NCBI GenBank assembly: GCA_041661385.1 | Contig: JBAZUP010000001.1 | Span: forward strand, 7,382 to 71,381 | DNA from: Patescibacteria group bacterium | Lineage (GTDB): Bacteria; Patescibacteriota; Patescibacteriia; Magasanikbacterales; GWA2-37-8 | Reading direction: 5' to 3' | Length of the DNA: 64,000 bases | Part shown: positions 27,253 to 38,042 of the stretch, in pieces | How positions within the stretch are numbered: the stretch's first letter is position 1 | How the letters are laid out: the number at the start of each line of letters is the position of its first letter | Made by a program: the position numbers and the translations under genes | The notes under the pieces: model-generated | The model's database searches: none | The model's input: the letters and a program-made list of their open reading frames with translations, nothing else | Told to the model about the DNA's origin: nothing

Positions 27253-29316
27253 ATGTCAAAAAAGCACATCGAAACGATAATAAAATGGTTAATTTTCGCC
27301 ACCTTTTTTGTCCCGCTCGTCGTCGCGCCGAGTTCATTTATCTTTCCTTTCATTGTTCCTAAAATTCTTCTTTTCCGTTCGCTTACTACCCTTATTATTG
27401 CGCTATACGCCATTCTTTTATATATCAACCCCGCTCAATATCGCCCCCGCGCTTCTTGGTTAAATTGGGCAGTACTCGGTTTTCTAGTTAGTTTTACCCT
27501 TTCTACTTTTTTTGGTTCTGATCCGTATCACAGTTTTTGGGATAACCACGAACGCATGCTTGGTCTTTTTACCATTATTCATTATATTGCTTATTTTTTT
27601 ATATGCGCCCAGGTATTTCGTACCTGGGAGGATTGGAAATTGGCATTGCAAATCTTTTTAGTTGCCGGATCTTGTGTAATGTTTGTCGGATTGCTCCAAG
27701 TATTTAATCCAAATTTTCTTCTTAATGGCGGAAGTGGGCGTGTTATAGCGACAGTTGGCAATGCTATTTATGTCGGTGGTTATGGTTTATTTTTGTTTGC
27801 GGTTGCTAGTTTGTTATTTTTGAAAGAAAAAAATATTTGGTTAAAAGTAATATACGTTTTACTTGCGATTTTGGCGCTCATCGGCATTATTTTCAGCGGC
27901 ACCCGTGGTTCTTTACTTGGTTTAATATTTGGTATTGGCCTTGCGATGATAAGTTATGCTTTTACTTTAAAAGGAAAATCAAAAGTAAAAAATTATTTAT
28001 TAGGAGCTATAATTTTGGGCGTAGCGGTTTTGGGGCTCGCTTATGTAAATCGCCAGTCCAAATTTGTTACCGATATTCCGGCGCTTTCTCGCGTTCTAAA
28101 TACTTCTGTAAAAGAATTACAAGAGGGTGCCCGTGTCATTGCTTGGGGGGCGGCGTTTCAGGGCTGGAAAGACCGACCGATTCTCGGTTGGGGTCCAAAT
28201 AACTTTTTCTATGCATTTAATGCCCATTATGACGCTCGTTCGCTAGAATACGGCTATGGTGAAACCTGGTTCGATAATGCCCACAACATTTTGGTAAATA
28301 CGCTTGCAGTACAAGGGGTAGTTGGCATTATTACTTATCTTGCTATTTTTGCCGCCGCAATTTATATGTTAGTTTCGGCTTACCGAGGTGGTCGGGTCGA
28401 TCGGCACATTGCAGTTATTGGCGCAGCTTATCTCATGGCCCATTTACTTGAAAATGTTACAGTATTTGAAAATCCGACTTCATATTTATATTTTGTATTC
28501 TGGCTCGCCATGATCAACAGTTTGTCTAAAGTTGTTTTTGTAATTAGTGCGGAAAAAAATAAAGTAGTTTTAGATCAAAAAGCCGGTAACGGAATATTGC
28601 TTGGAGCCGGGCTTACCGCGGCGTTATTTATTTTTGTTCTCAATATTCAACCTGCCCGCGCGAATATGAAAACTTTGGACGCGCTTCAAATGATTAATGG
28701 AGATGTGACTCAATCTGTACCGCTTATTGAATCTGCGCTTGATTTTAATTCGCCTCACATTGATGATATCAGAAGTGATATTAGTAGAACACTCGTTGGT
28801 TCGCTTGGTGACACTAGCAGCAAGCTCGATGTTAGTTTAAAAAAACAGCTTTATAATATAGTTGAATCTTCAATGCTTGCGAATATTGAATTACACCCCT
28901 ACGACATTCGCAATCACTTAACTCTTGCGCAACTTTATCAAACTTTTGCGATTCAAAATAATGACGCGAGCGAAATGATAAAAGCCGAAAAATATTTGAC
29001 GGACACGATGGCTCTTTCACCTCGTCGCCAGCAGGTTATATATAATCTAGCAATTGTAAAACTTCAACTCGGTAAGGTGGCAGAAGCTGAAACATTATTT
29101 AAGCAAACTATTACCGATGATCCAAAGATCGCCGAAGGATATTTCCGCCTTGCTTATATGTTTGCGGCAATCGGCCAACCCGAAAAGGCTCTCGCGGTAA
29201 TAAAACAAGCCAGCGACAATAATGTTACCCTTGGCGAAGATCAATTAAATGCTATTAATCAAGTAATCATACAGGCTGCCAAAGCTGCCGGAGCGTCAAC
29301 TAAAACTAAGAAATAA
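27253..29316 (+). CDS. Wzy_C / O-antigen-ligase-family membrane protein with C-terminal TPR domain (candidate O-oligosaccharyltransferase or polymerase)
   Basis: ~10 TM N-terminal domain with a Wzy_C-like loop (FSGTRGSLLGLIFGIGLAM). C-terminal soluble region of TPR-like repeats (LAQLYQTF..., YNLAIVKLQLGKVAEAE, YFRLAYMFAAIGQPEKA). Confidence 0.7.
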   Translation: MSKKHIETIIKWLIFATFFVPLVVAPSSFIFPFIVPKILLFRSLTTLIIALYAILLYINPAQYRPRASWLNWAVLGFLVSFTLSTFFGSDPYHSFWDNHERMLGLFTIIHYIAYFFICAQVFRTWEDWKLALQIFLVAGSCVMFVGLLQVFNPNFLLNGGSGRVIATVGNAIYVGGYGLFLFAVASLLFLKEKNIWLKVIYVLLAILALIGIIFSGTRGSLLGLIFGIGLAMISYAFTLKGKSKVKNYLLGAIILGVAVLGLAYVNRQSKFVTDIPALSRVLNTSVKELQEGARVIAWGAAFQGWKDRPILGWGPNNFFYAFNAHYDARSLEYGYGETWFDNAHNILVNTLAVQGVVGIITYLAIFAAAIYMLVSAYRGGRVDRHIAVIGAAYLMAHLLENVTVFENPTSYLYFVFWLAMINSLSKVVFVISAEKNKVVLDQKAGNGILLGAGLTAALFIFVLNIQPARANMKTLDALQMINGDVTQSVPLIESALDFNSPHIDDIRSDISRTLVGSLGDTSSKLDVSLKKQLYNIVESSMLANIELHPYDIRNHLTLAQLYQTFAIQNNDASEMIKAEKYLTDTMALSPRRQQVIYNLAIVKLQLGKVAEAETLFKQTITDDPKIAEGYFRLAYMFAAIGQPEKALAVIKQASDNNVTLGEDQLNAINQVIIQAAKAAGASTKTKK

Positions 29317-29321
29317 TCAAT

Positions 29322-29396
29322 TATATGGGTTTTGCCCATATAAGCTCACTCGCTCGAAAATGAAATAAATTTTCATTTTACTCACTTATTTCGCAT
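29322..29396 (+). promoter_or_regulatory. conserved inter-operon element, copy 1 (palindrome atatggg-ttttg-cccatat + conserved leader)
   Basis: ~80% identical to 50513-50591. Both sit between a stop codon and the first gene of a nucleotide-sugar operon. Confidence 0.4.
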
Positions 29397-30182
29397 ATGA
29401 AAACAATAATCCTTTGTGGTGGCACCGGTACCAGAATGAAAGAGGAAACTGAATTTAAACCAAAGCCCTTGGTTTTGGTCGGTGGAAAGCCAATTCTTTG
29501 GCATATTATGAAAACATACGCTCATTATGGATATAATGATTTTATTTTAGCGCTTGGGTATAAAGGAGACATGATTAAGCAGTATTTCTTAAACTGGCGG
29601 AATTATACTAATGATTTTACTTTGAGTACCAAAAATCATGAAATAACTTTTCATAATAATGATGTGGATGATTTTAAGATTACCTTCGTCGAAACCGGCG
29701 AGAATAGCTTGACCGGTGAGAGGGTCCGTCGTTGTGCGAAGTACCTTGGAACGGATGATTTCATGATTACTTATGGTGACGGTCTCGCTGATATTAATAT
29801 TAAACAACTGGTTGATTTTCATAAAACTCAAAATACTATTGGCACGACTACTGCCGTTCATCATATCAACCGGTTCGGATTATTGGATATTGATTTTAAA
29901 ACTAACAAATTAAAAGGTTTTTATCAGCACAAAGTAACTGAAGAAAACGATCGTCAGCAAGCCAAAGATTTCATCAATGGCGGTTTTATGGTTTTTAAAA
30001 ATGAAGTGTTGAAGCAAGTTGAAGCTGATAGTATGATAGAAAGCATTTTTGAGCCGCTTGCCGTGGCTGGTCAAATGTCAATTTTTGAACATAATGGCAA
30101 GTGGAAATGCATGGATACTTATAAGGAAGTCGAAGAAATGAATGAACTTTGGAAAAAGGATCCGTTTTGGAAAGTTTGGTAA
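29397..30182 (+). CDS. rfbF: glucose-1-phosphate cytidylyltransferase
   Basis: MKTIILCGGTGTRMKEETEFKPKPLVLVGGKPILWHIM. 261 aa, highly characteristic of RfbF/DdhA. Confidence 0.9.
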   Translation: MKTIILCGGTGTRMKEETEFKPKPLVLVGGKPILWHIMKTYAHYGYNDFILALGYKGDMIKQYFLNWRNYTNDFTLSTKNHEITFHNNDVDDFKITFVETGENSLTGERVRRCAKYLGTDDFMITYGDGLADINIKQLVDFHKTQNTIGTTTAVHHINRFGLLDIDFKTNKLKGFYQHKVTEENDRQQAKDFINGGFMVFKNEVLKQVEADSMIESIFEPLAVAGQMSIFEHNGKWKCMDTYKEVEEMNELWKKDPFWKVW

Positions 30183-30196
30183 TTAACCAATTTTTT

Positions 30197-31150
30197 ATGT
30201 CTCTAAAAGGAAAAAATGTTCTGGTTACCGGCGCAACTGGCCTCGTCGGTTCGCATTTAACCGAAAAACTTTTGTCTCTGGGCGCGCTAGTTACTGTTAC
30301 CAAACGCTCTAGTAATCCGCGTTCATATTTTGCTGGTAAAAATTTCGGTGAAAAGGTAATCATGGCCGATTGTGATCTTAAAGATTTTCAACGGGTTTTT
30401 GATGTGGTCACTCGCTATGAAATCGAATATATTTTTCATGTGGCCGCTCAGCCAATAGTTGAAACTGCATATTTTAACCCGCGTGAAACTCTGGAAGATA
30501 ACATTAACGGCACAATAAATATTTTGGAATCAGCTCGTCTTTATCCGCGGGTTAAGGGTGTTGTTGTTGCCTCAAGCGACAAAGCCTACGGTAAGAAATG
30601 CGACAATGCGACGGAGGACGCGCCAATGGCCGGTGATCATCCTTATGACGTTTCTAAGTCCTGTGCAGACCTTATTACGCGTACTTATGCGAAGACTTAT
30701 GGAATGCCGGTTGCAGTTAGTCGATTTGGTAATATTTATGGTCCTGGCGATCTAAATCTTAATCGTATTGTACCCGGCATTATGAAAGCTGCTATTTTGG
30801 GGGAGGAGCTTGTTATCCGTAGTGATGGTAAATTTATTCGGGATTATGTTTATATAAAAGATGTGGTAGATGGTTATTTAAAATTGATGAATAATATTGA
30901 AAAATATAAAGGTGAAGCCTTTAATTTCAGTACCGGTTATAATTATTCAGTTTTGGAAATGGTAGAAAAAATTGGCGCCGTCATGGGTAAAAAAGTTAAT
31001 TTCAAAATTGTAAATAATCAAAAAAATGAAATTCCGGAACAAAGCTTGAATTATGACAAAGCGGAAAAATTGTTAAATTGGAAATCTGCTTTTACTTTTG
31101 AAGAGGGGATAAAAGAAACCTTTGAGTGGTATAAAAATTATTTAAAATAA
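30197..31150 (+). CDS. rfbG: CDP-glucose 4,6-dehydratase (extended SDR)
   Basis: Rossmann motif VLVTGATGLVGSHL. Extended-SDR dehydratase directly after rfbF. ATG at 30197; the track's start at 30149 is a TTG. Confidence 0.8.
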   Translation: MSLKGKNVLVTGATGLVGSHLTEKLLSLGALVTVTKRSSNPRSYFAGKNFGEKVIMADCDLKDFQRVFDVVTRYEIEYIFHVAAQPIVETAYFNPRETLEDNINGTINILESARLYPRVKGVVVASSDKAYGKKCDNATEDAPMAGDHPYDVSKSCADLITRTYAKTYGMPVAVSRFGNIYGPGDLNLNRIVPGIMKAAILGEELVIRSDGKFIRDYVYIKDVVDGYLKLMNNIEKYKGEAFNFSTGYNYSVLEMVEKIGAVMGKKVNFKIVNNQKNEIPEQSLNYDKAEKLLNWKSAFTFEEGIKETFEWYKNYLK

Positions 31151-31156
31151 TTTTTT

Positions 31157-32929
31157 ATGGCGGTTATGACTGGCGCGGAGGTGGTAGCAAATTTTTTAAA
31201 GAAAAATAAAATTTCTCATGTTTTTGATGTCGCGGGCGGCATGATTGCCTATCTTGAAGATGCGATCAGCCGGACTCCGGAAATTCAATGCTTGCCCAGC
31301 CGGCACGAACAAGCCAGCGGTTTTGCCGCCGAGGGCTATGCCCGGATAAGCAAAAATTTTGGTGTTGCTACGGCTACCAGTGGCCCCGGTGCCACCAATC
31401 TTATTACCGCCATTGGCAGTTGTTTTTTTGATTCGGTGCCGACCATGTATATTACCGGTCAGGTAAACACCAAAGATATCAAAAAAAACGCCAATATTCG
31501 GCAAAATGGATTTCAGGAAACGGATATCGTTTCGGTGGTAAAAACGCTTACGAAATACGCAAAACAGGTATTAAAGGTGGGTGATGTTTTGTACGAGCTT
31601 GAAAAGGCGCATTTTTTTATGAAATCAGGCAGGCCCGGACCCGTCTTACTTGATATCCCGATTGATCTTCAGCGTACTTCGTTGGAAATATCGAAGTTTA
31701 GAAAATTTTATGGCTCCCCAGAGCATAAAAAACTCCTCAAGAAATCCGTTGAACCGGGTCTAAAAAATAAAATTAAAAAACTTGAAAAGCTAATTAAGGA
31801 ATCTAGTGCCCCGGTAATCTTAATCGGCGGCGGCATTCAAATCTCTAACACCCAAAAGGAATTAGAAAATTTTGTAAAAAGAAATAATCTTCCGGTTGTC
31901 AGCTCGCTGATGGGTTTAGATTCTTTTCCCGGTTCCTCAGATGATTTTGTCGGTTTTATCGGCAGTTACGGAAATCGCGAGGCCAATATTGTATTTGCTA
32001 ATGCCGACCTGATTATTTCGCTTGGTTCGCGTTTGGATGTGCGGCAAATAGGCAACCCGGCGCTGTTTGCAACGCATGCTAAGGTAGTTCAAGTGGATAT
32101 CGATCCGTATTCTATAAACAACATTGTAAAATCTCACCTGTCATTTGGAATGGATTTGAGAAGTTTTTTTAATCTGGCCAAGAATTTAAGGGCGAATCCA
32201 AAAAACGCCTGGCGGTTTTTTATTCGCAGGGTAAAAGAAAACTTTTCAAAAAAGAGCGTCAAATCTAAACAAATCGATCCCAATACTTTTATATCCAAAT
32301 TATCAGCCGTCTCCGGTAGAGATGTTTCGGTTGTTTCCGATGTCGGTAACCACCAGATGTGGCTGGCACAATCTTGGAAAACCAAGCCTGGTCAGCGCCT
32401 GTTATTTAGCGGTGGCATGGGTAGCATGGGGTTTGCTTTGCCGGCAGCAATCGGGGCACACTTTGCTGACACAAACAAAACCGTGGTCGTACTTTGCGGC
32501 GATGGCGGGTTTCAAATGAATATTCAGGAGTTAGAAACTGTTCGGCACCAAAAAGTACCGCTTAAGATATTTATATTAAACAACCAGTCGCTCGGCATGG
32601 TCAAAGATTTTCAAACCACATACCTGAAGAGTAATTTTCAATCTACCGTAATTGGTTATTCAAATCCCAGTTTTAGGAAGATTGCCTCCGCCTACGAGCT
32701 GGATTATGTTTCTATTGACAGCGGTTTGAAAGAAATTGAATTTTCCAAAATTTTAAATTCAAAAAAAGCAGTTTTAGTTGAAGTTAAAATACCGTTTAAC
32801 ACCACCCTTGAACCAAAAGTAACTTTTGGAAACGCTCTCGATAACCAATATCCGTTTTTAAGTGAGGAAAAAATGAAATTACTACGGGCAATCAAGGCGG
32901 AGTTTGAAGTAACAAAAAAATCGGCTTAG
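31157..32929 (+). CDS. thiamine-diphosphate-dependent acetolactate-synthase-like enzyme (YerE-like candidate branched-sugar synthase)
   Basis: 590 aa TPP enzyme fold. N-terminal Pyr domain, central domain, C-terminal GDGGFQMNIQELET TPP-binding motif. Located inside the CDP-sugar operon. Confidence 0.75.
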   Translation: MAVMTGAEVVANFLKKNKISHVFDVAGGMIAYLEDAISRTPEIQCLPSRHEQASGFAAEGYARISKNFGVATATSGPGATNLITAIGSCFFDSVPTMYITGQVNTKDIKKNANIRQNGFQETDIVSVVKTLTKYAKQVLKVGDVLYELEKAHFFMKSGRPGPVLLDIPIDLQRTSLEISKFRKFYGSPEHKKLLKKSVEPGLKNKIKKLEKLIKESSAPVILIGGGIQISNTQKELENFVKRNNLPVVSSLMGLDSFPGSSDDFVGFIGSYGNREANIVFANADLIISLGSRLDVRQIGNPALFATHAKVVQVDIDPYSINNIVKSHLSFGMDLRSFFNLAKNLRANPKNAWRFFIRRVKENFSKKSVKSKQIDPNTFISKLSAVSGRDVSVVSDVGNHQMWLAQSWKTKPGQRLLFSGGMGSMGFALPAAIGAHFADTNKTVVVLCGDGGFQMNIQELETVRHQKVPLKIFILNNQSLGMVKDFQTTYLKSNFQSTVIGYSNPSFRKIASAYELDYVSIDSGLKEIEFSKILNSKKAVLVEVKIPFNTTLEPKVTFGNALDNQYPFLSEEKMKLLRAIKAEFEVTKKSA

Positions 32930-32931
32930 AT

Positions 32932-33825
32932 ATGTCTTTAAAAACTACCGTTTTTCTGGCAGGCGGATCAGGATTTATCGGCAAAAATATATTGGAACAG
33001 TTAGGTGATAAATATAATATTATCGCTCCGGACCGCGCTGAGCTGAATCTATTAGATAGCGAGGCCGTGCTGGATTTTTTTAAAAAAAATCCGGTTGATA
33101 TTGTCGTTAATTCAGCTGCGGAAGGAGTGTATATAAAAAACCGGATTGACCCGATGATAACTCTGAATAATTTAAAAATATTTTATAATCTTGTAAGAGC
33201 AAAAAAATATTTTAATCGAATGGTAATGCTGGGTTCAGGGGCGGAATATGATAAAAAACAGAATCTTAAAAAGACCTCGGAAAATGACTTTGATCGGACA
33301 GTTCCAGCCGATGAGTATGGCCTTTATAAATATATCTGCGCGAAATTCGCGGGCGAGGTAGACTATATTACCCATCTTCGACTATTTGGAGTTTTTGGAA
33401 AATATGAAAATTATGAGATTCGATTTATTTCCAATGCTATTTGTAAGGTGCTTTTTAATTTGCCGATTACCATACGGCAAGACGTAAAATTTGATTACAT
33501 ATTTATTGATGATTTTGTAAAAATTTTAGATCAAATTATCAAAAAAAAACCGGTGGAGAAATTTATTAATATTGGTAGAGGTGAGGATGTTAGTTTGAAA
33601 ACTCTCGCGGAAATGATTATCAAGGAAGTAGGTGTTAAGGTTCCGATTAAAATTTCCGAACCAGGTTTAGGCAATGAGTATAGTTGCAATAATTCCCGGT
33701 TGCTAAATGAGATGGAAATGATTGATTTTACTCCTTTTAGTGTTTCTATTTCAAACTTGGTGGAGTATTATCGTAAGATTTTGCCGACATTGAACAAAAA
33801 ATCATTTATTGATTATGAGAGATAA
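32932..33825 (+). CDS. NAD(P)-dependent sugar epimerase/reductase (extended SDR)
   Basis: Rossmann motif FLAGGSGFIGKNI. ~300 aa. Confidence 0.7.
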   Translation: MSLKTTVFLAGGSGFIGKNILEQLGDKYNIIAPDRAELNLLDSEAVLDFFKKNPVDIVVNSAAEGVYIKNRIDPMITLNNLKIFYNLVRAKKYFNRMVMLGSGAEYDKKQNLKKTSENDFDRTVPADEYGLYKYICAKFAGEVDYITHLRLFGVFGKYENYEIRFISNAICKVLFNLPITIRQDVKFDYIFIDDFVKILDQIIKKKPVEKFINIGRGEDVSLKTLAEMIIKEVGVKVPIKISEPGLGNEYSCNNSRLLNEMEMIDFTPFSVSISNLVEYYRKILPTLNKKSFIDYER

Positions 33826-34870
33826 TTTTAATAAAATTATTGATGAAGATTTAGCCTATATAATGAAAGCCGATTTGCCATGGCATGAATTGGAAGGAAA
33901 AAATATTTTAATCGCCGGCGCCAACGGTGCACTGCCGGCTTACATGGTGGAAACAATTTTATATCTGAACAAAAATTTGTTAAAAAATAAAGCGAAAATT
34001 TTTGCTTTGGTTAGAAATATTGAAAAAGCTCAAAAAAAATTTGGACGTCACAAAGACGATAAAAATTTGGAGTTTGTTATCCAGGACGTTTGTGACAAGA
34101 TAAATTTATCGAATGATTTAGATTACATAATTCATGCGGCAAGCCAGGCGAGTCCTAAATATTATGGCAGCGATCCGGTTGGGACACTTTTGCCAAACGT
34201 ACTTGGCACTTACAATCTTTTGGAATTAGCAAGAGAAAAAAGTCTGAAAGGTTTTATCTTTTTCAGCTCGGGGGCTGTTTACGGCCCAATTGGGGATAAT
34301 CAGCAGGCAAATAACGAAAAAAAATTTGGCATACTAGATCCGTTTACCATTGAATCTTGTTATCCGGAAAGCAAACGAATGGGTGAAAACATGTGCCAGG
34401 CCTGGCTTAGCCAGTACAAAATTCCTATCAAGGTGGTCAGACCATTTCATACCTATGGTCCGGGTGTTGGACTTAATGATGGACGGGTTTTTGCAGATTT
34501 TGTCCGTAATATAGTCAATAATGAAGATATTACTATGAATAGTGATGGAAGCGCAAAAAGAACTTTTTGTTATCTTGCCGATGCCGCAATCGCATTTTTT
34601 ACCGTGTTATTAAAAGGAAATATCGGTGAGGCTTATAACGTCAGCGGTGACAAATTGGTAAGTATTAGCGAGTTAGCCGGTACTCTGGTAAATATGTTTC
34701 CGGAGAAAAATCTAAAAATAAAAAGAAATGAAATTTTAGATAAAAATTATCTTAAAACCGCCGCTTCCGGGCATCTTCCGGATATCAGCAAAATTGTCGG
34801 ATTGGGGTGGAAGCCAGTTTATTCAATCGAGGAAGGCTTCAGGAGGATGATTAAAAGCTTTGAGCAATAA
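33809..34870 (+). CDS. NAD-dependent epimerase/dehydratase family protein
   Basis: ILIAGANGALPAY glycine-rich motif and YxxxK region. 353 aa. Confidence 0.7.
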   Translation: MIMRDNFNKIIDEDLAYIMKADLPWHELEGKNILIAGANGALPAYMVETILYLNKNLLKNKAKIFALVRNIEKAQKKFGRHKDDKNLEFVIQDVCDKINLSNDLDYIIHAASQASPKYYGSDPVGTLLPNVLGTYNLLELAREKSLKGFIFFSSGAVYGPIGDNQQANNEKKFGILDPFTIESCYPESKRMGENMCQAWLSQYKIPIKVVRPFHTYGPGVGLNDGRVFADFVRNIVNNEDITMNSDGSAKRTFCYLADAAIAFFTVLLKGNIGEAYNVSGDKLVSISELAGTLVNMFPEKNLKIKRNEILDKNYLKTAASGHLPDISKIVGLGWKPVYSIEEGFRRMIKSFEQ

Positions 34871-34891
34871 GGATATTCATTATATATTCAT

Positions 34892-35818
34892 ATGAAAAAA
34901 TTAATAGAAAATAAATTGGACTATAAAAAAGGTGCTATTCCAAAGGCGGAGTACATTGATATTATGTATCAAAATCACGCCGTCTTATTTGAGTATGCGG
35001 ATTTTATCAAGGATACTGATATCGAAAAAATAGAAATTTCCAATGGAGAAGTAATAATGGTAACCAAAGACTCCGGTATTAAAATTCTTTGCGCGAAAGG
35101 GGATAAAAGAATTGCCCCAATTGAAATATTGAATTTTGACCATTATGAAAAAAGCGAGCTTGATTTTACCCTGAAACTAATTGATAAAAAAAGCACCGTT
35201 TTTGATATCGGTGCGAATTATGGATGGTATTCATTTAATATCGCTAAATCATTTCCAGATTGTAAAATATATGCGTTTGAGCCAATACCCAGGACCTATT
35301 CATATTTGAAAACCAACATTGAATTAAATAAATTTTCAAATATAAATATAAATAATTTCGGTTTTTCCGACGTGGAGAAGGAAATTCCATTTTATTATTA
35401 CCCCGAAGGGTCGGCAAATGCTTCTGCAGCGAATTTGACGAATACGGATTCAGTGGTAAAAATAAATTGTCCGGTAATAATGTTGGATAATTTTGTCGCG
35501 AAGAACAATGTCGGATTAGATTTTATAAAATGCGATATTGAGGGGGCCGAGCTGTTAGCTTTTAAGGGGGGATTGAAATCTATCGCTAAATATAAACCGG
35601 TTATTTTTACCGAGATGCTTAGAAAATGGTCGGAAAAATTTAACTATCATCCGAATGAAATTATTAAATTATTGACAGACATCGGTTATGGGTGTTTTGT
35701 GATCGACGGTGATTATTTGAAACCATTTTACAAAATGGACGAGCAAACCATAGAAACAAATTTTTTCTTTTTGCATTTAGACCATCATAAGAAAAAAATA
35801 AATATGTTTCTTAAATAA
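34892..35818 (+). CDS. FkbM-family methyltransferase
   Basis: Signature FDIGANYGWYS. Confidence 0.8.
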   Translation: MKKLIENKLDYKKGAIPKAEYIDIMYQNHAVLFEYADFIKDTDIEKIEISNGEVIMVTKDSGIKILCAKGDKRIAPIEILNFDHYEKSELDFTLKLIDKKSTVFDIGANYGWYSFNIAKSFPDCKIYAFEPIPRTYSYLKTNIELNKFSNININNFGFSDVEKEIPFYYYPEGSANASAANLTNTDSVVKINCPVIMLDNFVAKNNVGLDFIKCDIEGAELLAFKGGLKSIAKYKPVIFTEMLRKWSEKFNYHPNEIIKLLTDIGYGCFVIDGDYLKPFYKMDEQTIETNFFFLHLDHHKKKINMFLK

Positions 35819-35828
35819 CTACATTTTT

Positions 35829-36767
35829 ATGGATGAAAAAAAACTTATCAGCGTGGTAACGCCGACTTATAATGAGGAGTTGAATGTTGAGGAATTATAT
35901 AATCAAACGAAGGCGGTTTTTGCTGGCTTGCCGCAATATAATTACGAGCATATTTTTATTGATAACGCATCTAAGGATAAAACTGTCGGGATTTTGAAAA
36001 ATATTGCCGTGAAAGATAAGAATGTTAAAATCATTGTTAATTCTAAGAATTTTGGCCATATTCGTTCGCCATACCATGGTTTGTTACAGGCCCGCGGTCA
36101 GGCAATTATTCTTTTGGTCGCCGACCTTCAGGATCCCCCGCAGTTAATAAATGATTTTTTAAAAAAATGGGAAGAGGGTTATTCAATAGTGGTCGGAGTA
36201 AAGAATAAAAGCGAAGAAAACCCCCTTATGTTTGCTGTCCGGAAATTGTATTATTATTTGATTAATAAATTTTCAGAAGTGGAACAAATTAAAAATTTCA
36301 CCGGTTTTGGATTGTATGACCAAAAATTTATTGAAATTTTACGGACCATAGATGATCCGTATCCATATTTGAGGGGAATGGTCACGGAATTGGGTTGGAA
36401 TCGGTTCGAAGTACCATATGTTCAACCGTCGCGAAAAAAAGGTAAAACCAGTAATAATTTTTATTCGCTCTATGATGTGGCGATGTTGGGTTTTGTCAAT
36501 CACTCAAAAATTCCGCTTCGGTTGGCAAGTTTTATCGGATTTGGGATGTCGGTAATAAGTTTTGTGATTGGTATAATTTATTTTACCTTCAAATTGCTTT
36601 ATTGGGACCGTTTCCAGACCGGTTTAGCCCCTCTAATTATTGGAATTTTTCTATTTTCTTCGGTTCAATTATTTTTTATTGGTATTTTGGGCGAATATAT
36701 TAGTGCTATTTATACCCAGGTTCGCCACCGCCCCCTGTTGATTGAAAAAGAGCGGATAAATTTTTAG
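35829..36767 (+). CDS. GT2 polyprenyl-phosphate glycosyltransferase (GtrB/ArnC/DPM1-like) with C-terminal TM helices
   Basis: ISVVTPTYNEE N-terminus and DxD region (LVADLQD). Two C-terminal TM helices. Confidence 0.8.
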   Translation: MDEKKLISVVTPTYNEELNVEELYNQTKAVFAGLPQYNYEHIFIDNASKDKTVGILKNIAVKDKNVKIIVNSKNFGHIRSPYHGLLQARGQAIILLVADLQDPPQLINDFLKKWEEGYSIVVGVKNKSEENPLMFAVRKLYYYLINKFSEVEQIKNFTGFGLYDQKFIEILRTIDDPYPYLRGMVTELGWNRFEVPYVQPSRKKGKTSNNFYSLYDVAMLGFVNHSKIPLRLASFIGFGMSVISFVIGIIYFTFKLLYWDRFQTGLAPLIIGIFLFSSVQLFFIGILGEYISAIYTQVRHRPLLIEKERINF

Positions 36768-36777
36768 TTGTCATTCT

Positions 36778-37923
36778 GTGCCTGTCAAAGAACTCCTTAA
36801 TAGAAATAATGAATCTAGCTCAATTATGTCGCAATCTGGAGTATTAGTAAAAAATGGAAAATTGAAATTTTTGGATTTTGTCCGGGCGGCGGCAACCATC
36901 GCTGTATTTGTCTTTCATACCGGTTACCTTTTTGCGTTTTCCAGAACTAGTATTATCAATTGGGTAAAATTGGTAACCGATGGCGGTACGGTTGGTGTCA
37001 GTGTTTTTTTTGTTTTGAGTGGTTTTCTGCTTTTTTATCAGCTTTACAAAAACAAGGAGCAGCTAGATGGTCCTAAATTAAAAGCTTATATCAAAAAAAG
37101 ACTACTTAGAATTTTACCGTTGTATTATTTTTCTTTATTTTTTATTGTTATATTTTTGCGGCATGATATCCTTTTTGCTGCCGATGGCGTACGGTCGATT
37201 TTATATAATTTAATATTTACTCGCGGGATAAAAAGCGGTGGGGGAGGTGGCACTATTACTATTAATCCGGTTTATTGGTCGCTAGTGGTAGAAATGCATT
37301 TTTATATTTTGTTACCGATTTTTTATCATTTTTTTTATAAATTAAAAAATATATTACTATTTGTGGGAGTACTATTGTTGGGCGTTGCCTATCGTTTGGC
37401 GCTGGTTTATTTGGTTAAGACACCCAGTATGCAATTTATGCGGTTCACACCCGCAAATTTTGATTATTTCGCGCTCGGCATGCTTGGTGCGTATTTATAT
37501 GTAAATCACGCCAAGGTTTTGAATTATATCGGCAATCAGTATCTGCAAATTGCTTCGGTGGTCGTGTTTATATTGTTTGTGCATTATTACGATTTGAGTT
37601 TCTTGCCGACATTATCCTATGTTTTTGCTCCGGTTCTTCTTGGTTTTATTACCGTTTTTTGCATGTTGTCGTTTTTGATGAACGACCGGTCTCTATTATC
37701 AAAAATATTTACTTCCGCACCATTTTTGTATATAGCCAAAATTAGTTTTAGTATTTATATTTGGCACGCCATTATTATTAGTAAAGTAGACGTTCTCGCA
37801 CTTCCGAACGCTCAAAAAATTATTATCAACATCGTCTTAACTTTAGTTGTTTCGGCCACTACATATTATTTGGTAGAAGCACCCTTTTTAAGAGTAAAAA
37901 ATCGGAAAATTGCTTCGGTATAG
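36778..37923 (+). CDS. acyltransferase family 3 (OafA-like O-acetyltransferase)
   Basis: ~10 TM protein with FLDFVRAAATIAVFVFH motif. Confidence 0.8.
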   Translation: MPVKELLNRNNESSSIMSQSGVLVKNGKLKFLDFVRAAATIAVFVFHTGYLFAFSRTSIINWVKLVTDGGTVGVSVFFVLSGFLLFYQLYKNKEQLDGPKLKAYIKKRLLRILPLYYFSLFFIVIFLRHDILFAADGVRSILYNLIFTRGIKSGGGGGTITINPVYWSLVVEMHFYILLPIFYHFFYKLKNILLFVGVLLLGVAYRLALVYLVKTPSMQFMRFTPANFDYFALGMLGAYLYVNHAKVLNYIGNQYLQIASVVVFILFVHYYDLSFLPTLSYVFAPVLLGFITVFCMLSFLMNDRSLLSKIFTSAPFLYIAKISFSIYIWHAIIISKVDVLALPNAQKIIINIVLTLVVSATTYYLVEAPFLRVKNRKIASV

Positions 37924-38042
37924 TTGATTTTACGCATAAATTAGCTAAAAAGTCAGGTTTAACCTTGATTTTTTTGCTATTTTAGGGTATTATTATTGGT
38001 CTTTTGGCCACTCTCGGCCGAAAGCAAACCAGGAGAGAATCC

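Noticed and set aside
30149-30196. TTG-initiated 16-codon extension of rfbG overlapping the end of rfbF
   Set aside because: ATG at 30197 lies just after the rfbF stop, and the Rossmann motif starts 10 residues later. The extension is unnecessary.
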